This document shows, piece by piece, positions 61,401 to 64,000 of a stretch of 64,000 nucleotides of DNA. The position numbers and the translations under genes are program-made. The stretch's first letter is position 1. Every line of letters begins with the position of its first letter. The notes below the pieces were generated by a model. It was not told where the DNA came from and did no database searches. It was given only the letters and a program-made list of their open reading frames with translations. The stretch is from Blasia pusilla (Eukaryota), in contig CM114271.1 in assembly GCA_050084515.1 (NCBI GenBank), forward strand, positions 9,052,001-9,116,000, given 5' to 3'.

Positions 61401-64000
61401 CCATCCATGGTTCCTACGCAGCCTATTGAGCCGCAGTGGGGGATCGAGGCATCTACATCGCGTGTAGTAGACACGGATGCAAAGATCCAATGCAAGATTG
61501 CGGATGGCAACTTTAGTGTTGGGATCCCCATTGTTTTCGCCACGGAGCGATGGCTTTAGGAGTTGACTTAGCTTCAGTTTTTGATTAGCGACCACGTTGT
61601 GTGAACGTGGGGTGTTATTCGCTACACGTGTTGAGGTGGATGAGGGTGTTGTGGTGGAGCGACCCTCTATGTCGGGAGTAGCATTGAGTACGGTGCTACT
61701 TGGCAGCAAAGGCGGGGCGAAGATGGATGCATTACCGGTCCGCCAGCCATTGATGGTGAGAGGCTTACACCTGGTGTATGTATGTTGGACAACCGAGTGG
61801 GATCTTCCGATTGGTGAGTCCTACAGACAGGTGTATAGACCGGATAGAGTCTTGTTAGACTCGGTGCCCAACCTTGATGTTGGGAAAGGCGGCATGTATT
61901 GGTTTGGGTATTTGGAGGTCGAGCTTGAGCCTTGCCCATTCGATTCAAACATCACTTGGAGGAGCCAATGATAGGTCTCAATTCATGACACGGGAAAATT
62001 TTTTTCATGAGTTGAGACGGATCATGCGACCGATAGCTCCCGGTTGGGAGTATCTCGGTAGTCACATCACCGAGTCGTATGATGTACTAGTTGGAGGAGC
62101 AATATTGTACCCGATGGGTTTTCGGATGGATTCTTGGATCGAGACAAGCGTCTTCTTGAGACCATGTTGGCAGTCCGGGATGGACGTATGAGCCAAGTTC
62201 TGTGAGATTTATTTCGGGGCTCGACCAGAGGGTCTTCCCCAACAAAGTGTTAGCATCTGTGGGCTGGTTTTAGTGGAGTAGTCACTTGGCCAGGAGACTT
62301 TTGGAGGGTAATGTTTCTGCTATGGATTCTCCTGCGCATGAGGAGGTAGAGGAGGTCCCTATTTTTGCAGCATCCTCATCGTTGGATGTGCCACTTTGGA
62401 GTTCAGGCAGTGCACTACGGCAGGAGGCTAATCGCCTAGTGCAGGAGGCTTGGTGTGAGGCTATTATACCTCACGAGGAAGAGGAGGCCCCACGGCGGAC
62501 TCCTACTTCTGGTCCAGTTGGGTTATCCCCTTTGGATACTGCATCCATTGTATGGCAGTATCCGCAGGAGGGTATTTGTGTGTTAGATCTCTTTGGTGGG
62601 ATTAGCACTGGTTTGGCTGCAATGTTGCAGGCCGGTATTCCTGTGTGGAGATACGTGTATGTGGAGCGAGATGAGACGGCCCAGAGAGTCTCATCTCGAC
62701 ATATTGGTCAGTTGATGCGGAGATACCCTGAGTTGTTGCCGCCATCAGGTATTCGTGGGTACCAGCGTGCTTTACCATCACACATTGCATTGTTGGGGGC
62801 GCAGGACCTTGAGAGGGTTGGTCCTGTGGATTTGGTGATTCTTTGGATGGCCATGTCGTGGTCATACACGTCTTTGGTCGTGGTGAGGGATTACATGACC
62901 CTAGGTCTCGATTGTTTTGGGAGATGTTACGGGTGTTACGACATCTTCAGGTTCATCGCACACGTGCTCTAGCTTACATTCCGAGAATGTTCCATTGTTG
63001 GGTGACACTCGACCCGGATGATGGCGAGTGTTCATGAGGTGCGGTCTTGGATTGGACCAGCGGTGTTGTTGAATGCAGCGAGTTGGCTCAGCGTGCACAT
63101 CGCCCACGCTTGTGGTGGACAAACTTGTTGCCTAGGGAGGTTCTACGTCGAGCATATGATGCAAAGGCGGGATCCTCGCCTTACGTGGATAGTATCTTGA
63201 TCTTTGGGCGACTTTCTCAAGTGGTGAGGGTTATTGATCGGTCACCCATGGCGGTGGTGAACCGTGTGGGCACCCTAGGATGGCACTACCCACATTGTGA
63301 GTTTTCCCGCGTCACATGCCTACAGGGAAGGTGGCCCCGGGCTTGTATGGGATTCTCATGTGCGCGGCGGTTGGTGGAGCCTAACGCGATGAGAGAGAGC
63401 GTCGATGGGATTTACTATCGGGCGTGTGGCGGTTGCTTCTATTTCGAGGCTTCATGACGTCATGTGTTGGGTCGGGCCATGGACCTGAATTGTTTGACTT
63501 GGATTTTGAGTCTTGGTATGGCCGAGCGGCGTCGACTTGGACTATGTCTGTGGGTCTTCCACCCTTGTAATGAGCTCGATGGCTACCGGGGACGGTAGAG
63601 GCATCGGTGGGGCAAGGAGAGTAGTATTTTGCATCCTTGGAGTAAATGGGATGTAATGGTGGGCATGTGGAGTTGGTTGCTCATCTTTGGTGGTGGAGGA
63701 GTTATTTGCTCAGATGATGGTGTAGCTAAGGGTGTACGATCTTGTGAGGGGGTTGCGTAGCGACCAATGGCATCGCCCTCTCCTCTAGTGTGCCGGTGGA
63801 GGAGACTTGGGAGCCATTACTTGGGCCCAAGCTTACGGGAGGTGAGAAACGACGCTGACACAGTTCCTACGTGCTTATAGGAGTTGTTTTGCCTTTAGCA
63901 TGAAGGAGTTGGGTTCTCTGGTTGGACCCGGTATACGGATTGATTTGGCTAGTGATACGCCAATCTTCCGTCGTCCCTACCGATATAGTGATATGGAGAG
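58494..64000 (+). mobile_element. Gypsy LTR retrotransposon carrying a DNMT3-like domain: probable LTR (~58494-59110), gag (~59712-61177), protease (~61840-62190), DNMT (~62570-63530), RT start (~63880-end)
   Basis: Knuckles CWTCGGDHVRKFC and CDHCGRLGHPRERC; RVLLDS; DNMT motifs; IRIDLASDTPIFRRPYRYSDME. Confidence 0.85.
62570..63530 (+). pseudogene. DNMT3-like C5 cytosine DNA methyltransferase domain (frameshifted)
   Basis: Motif I VLDLFGGISTG; motif II YVERD; motif IV VDLVI..GWPC (PC at 62851-62856); RSRLFWE; motif VI ENV at 62983-62991; motif VIII AHRPRLWWTNL; motif X VLGRAMD. Confidence 0.88.

Overview
This is a repeat-dense eukaryotic window from a land plant, probably a non-seed plant such as a bryophyte (inferred). 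It holds one intact host gene: an intronless DUF3475/DUF668 (PSK SIMULATOR-like) CDS at 33400-35232 (-). The rest is mostly decayed, nested transposons: three Gypsy families with solo LTRs and TSDs, one Copia, a Helitron helicase remnant and a LINE fragment. Two systems stand out. (1) Four decayed copies of an apparently undescribed large DNA element (about 1-6.9 kb, 8.4-15.1 kb, 15.7-22.3 kb, 50.3-54.8 kb). It carries a spliced gene fusing a ParB/Srx-like domain (DGNHR) to a permuted, beta-class N6A/N4C DNA-methyltransferase-like domain. A divergent MULE-like transposase (Zn/GCM-like, DDE, SWIM) accompanies it. Roughly 70 copies of the 29-bp palindrome TGCAACCCGTCGGA-S-TCCGACGGGTTGCA fill the introns and form 67-bp-period arrays between the two genes, next to tandem MSA-like (CAACGG) motifs. 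(2) A Gypsy LTR retrotransposon with a DNMT3-like C5 cytosine methyltransferase between protease and RT, in two nested copies at 57.2-64 kb. All domain calls come from motif recognition by eye; no searches were run.
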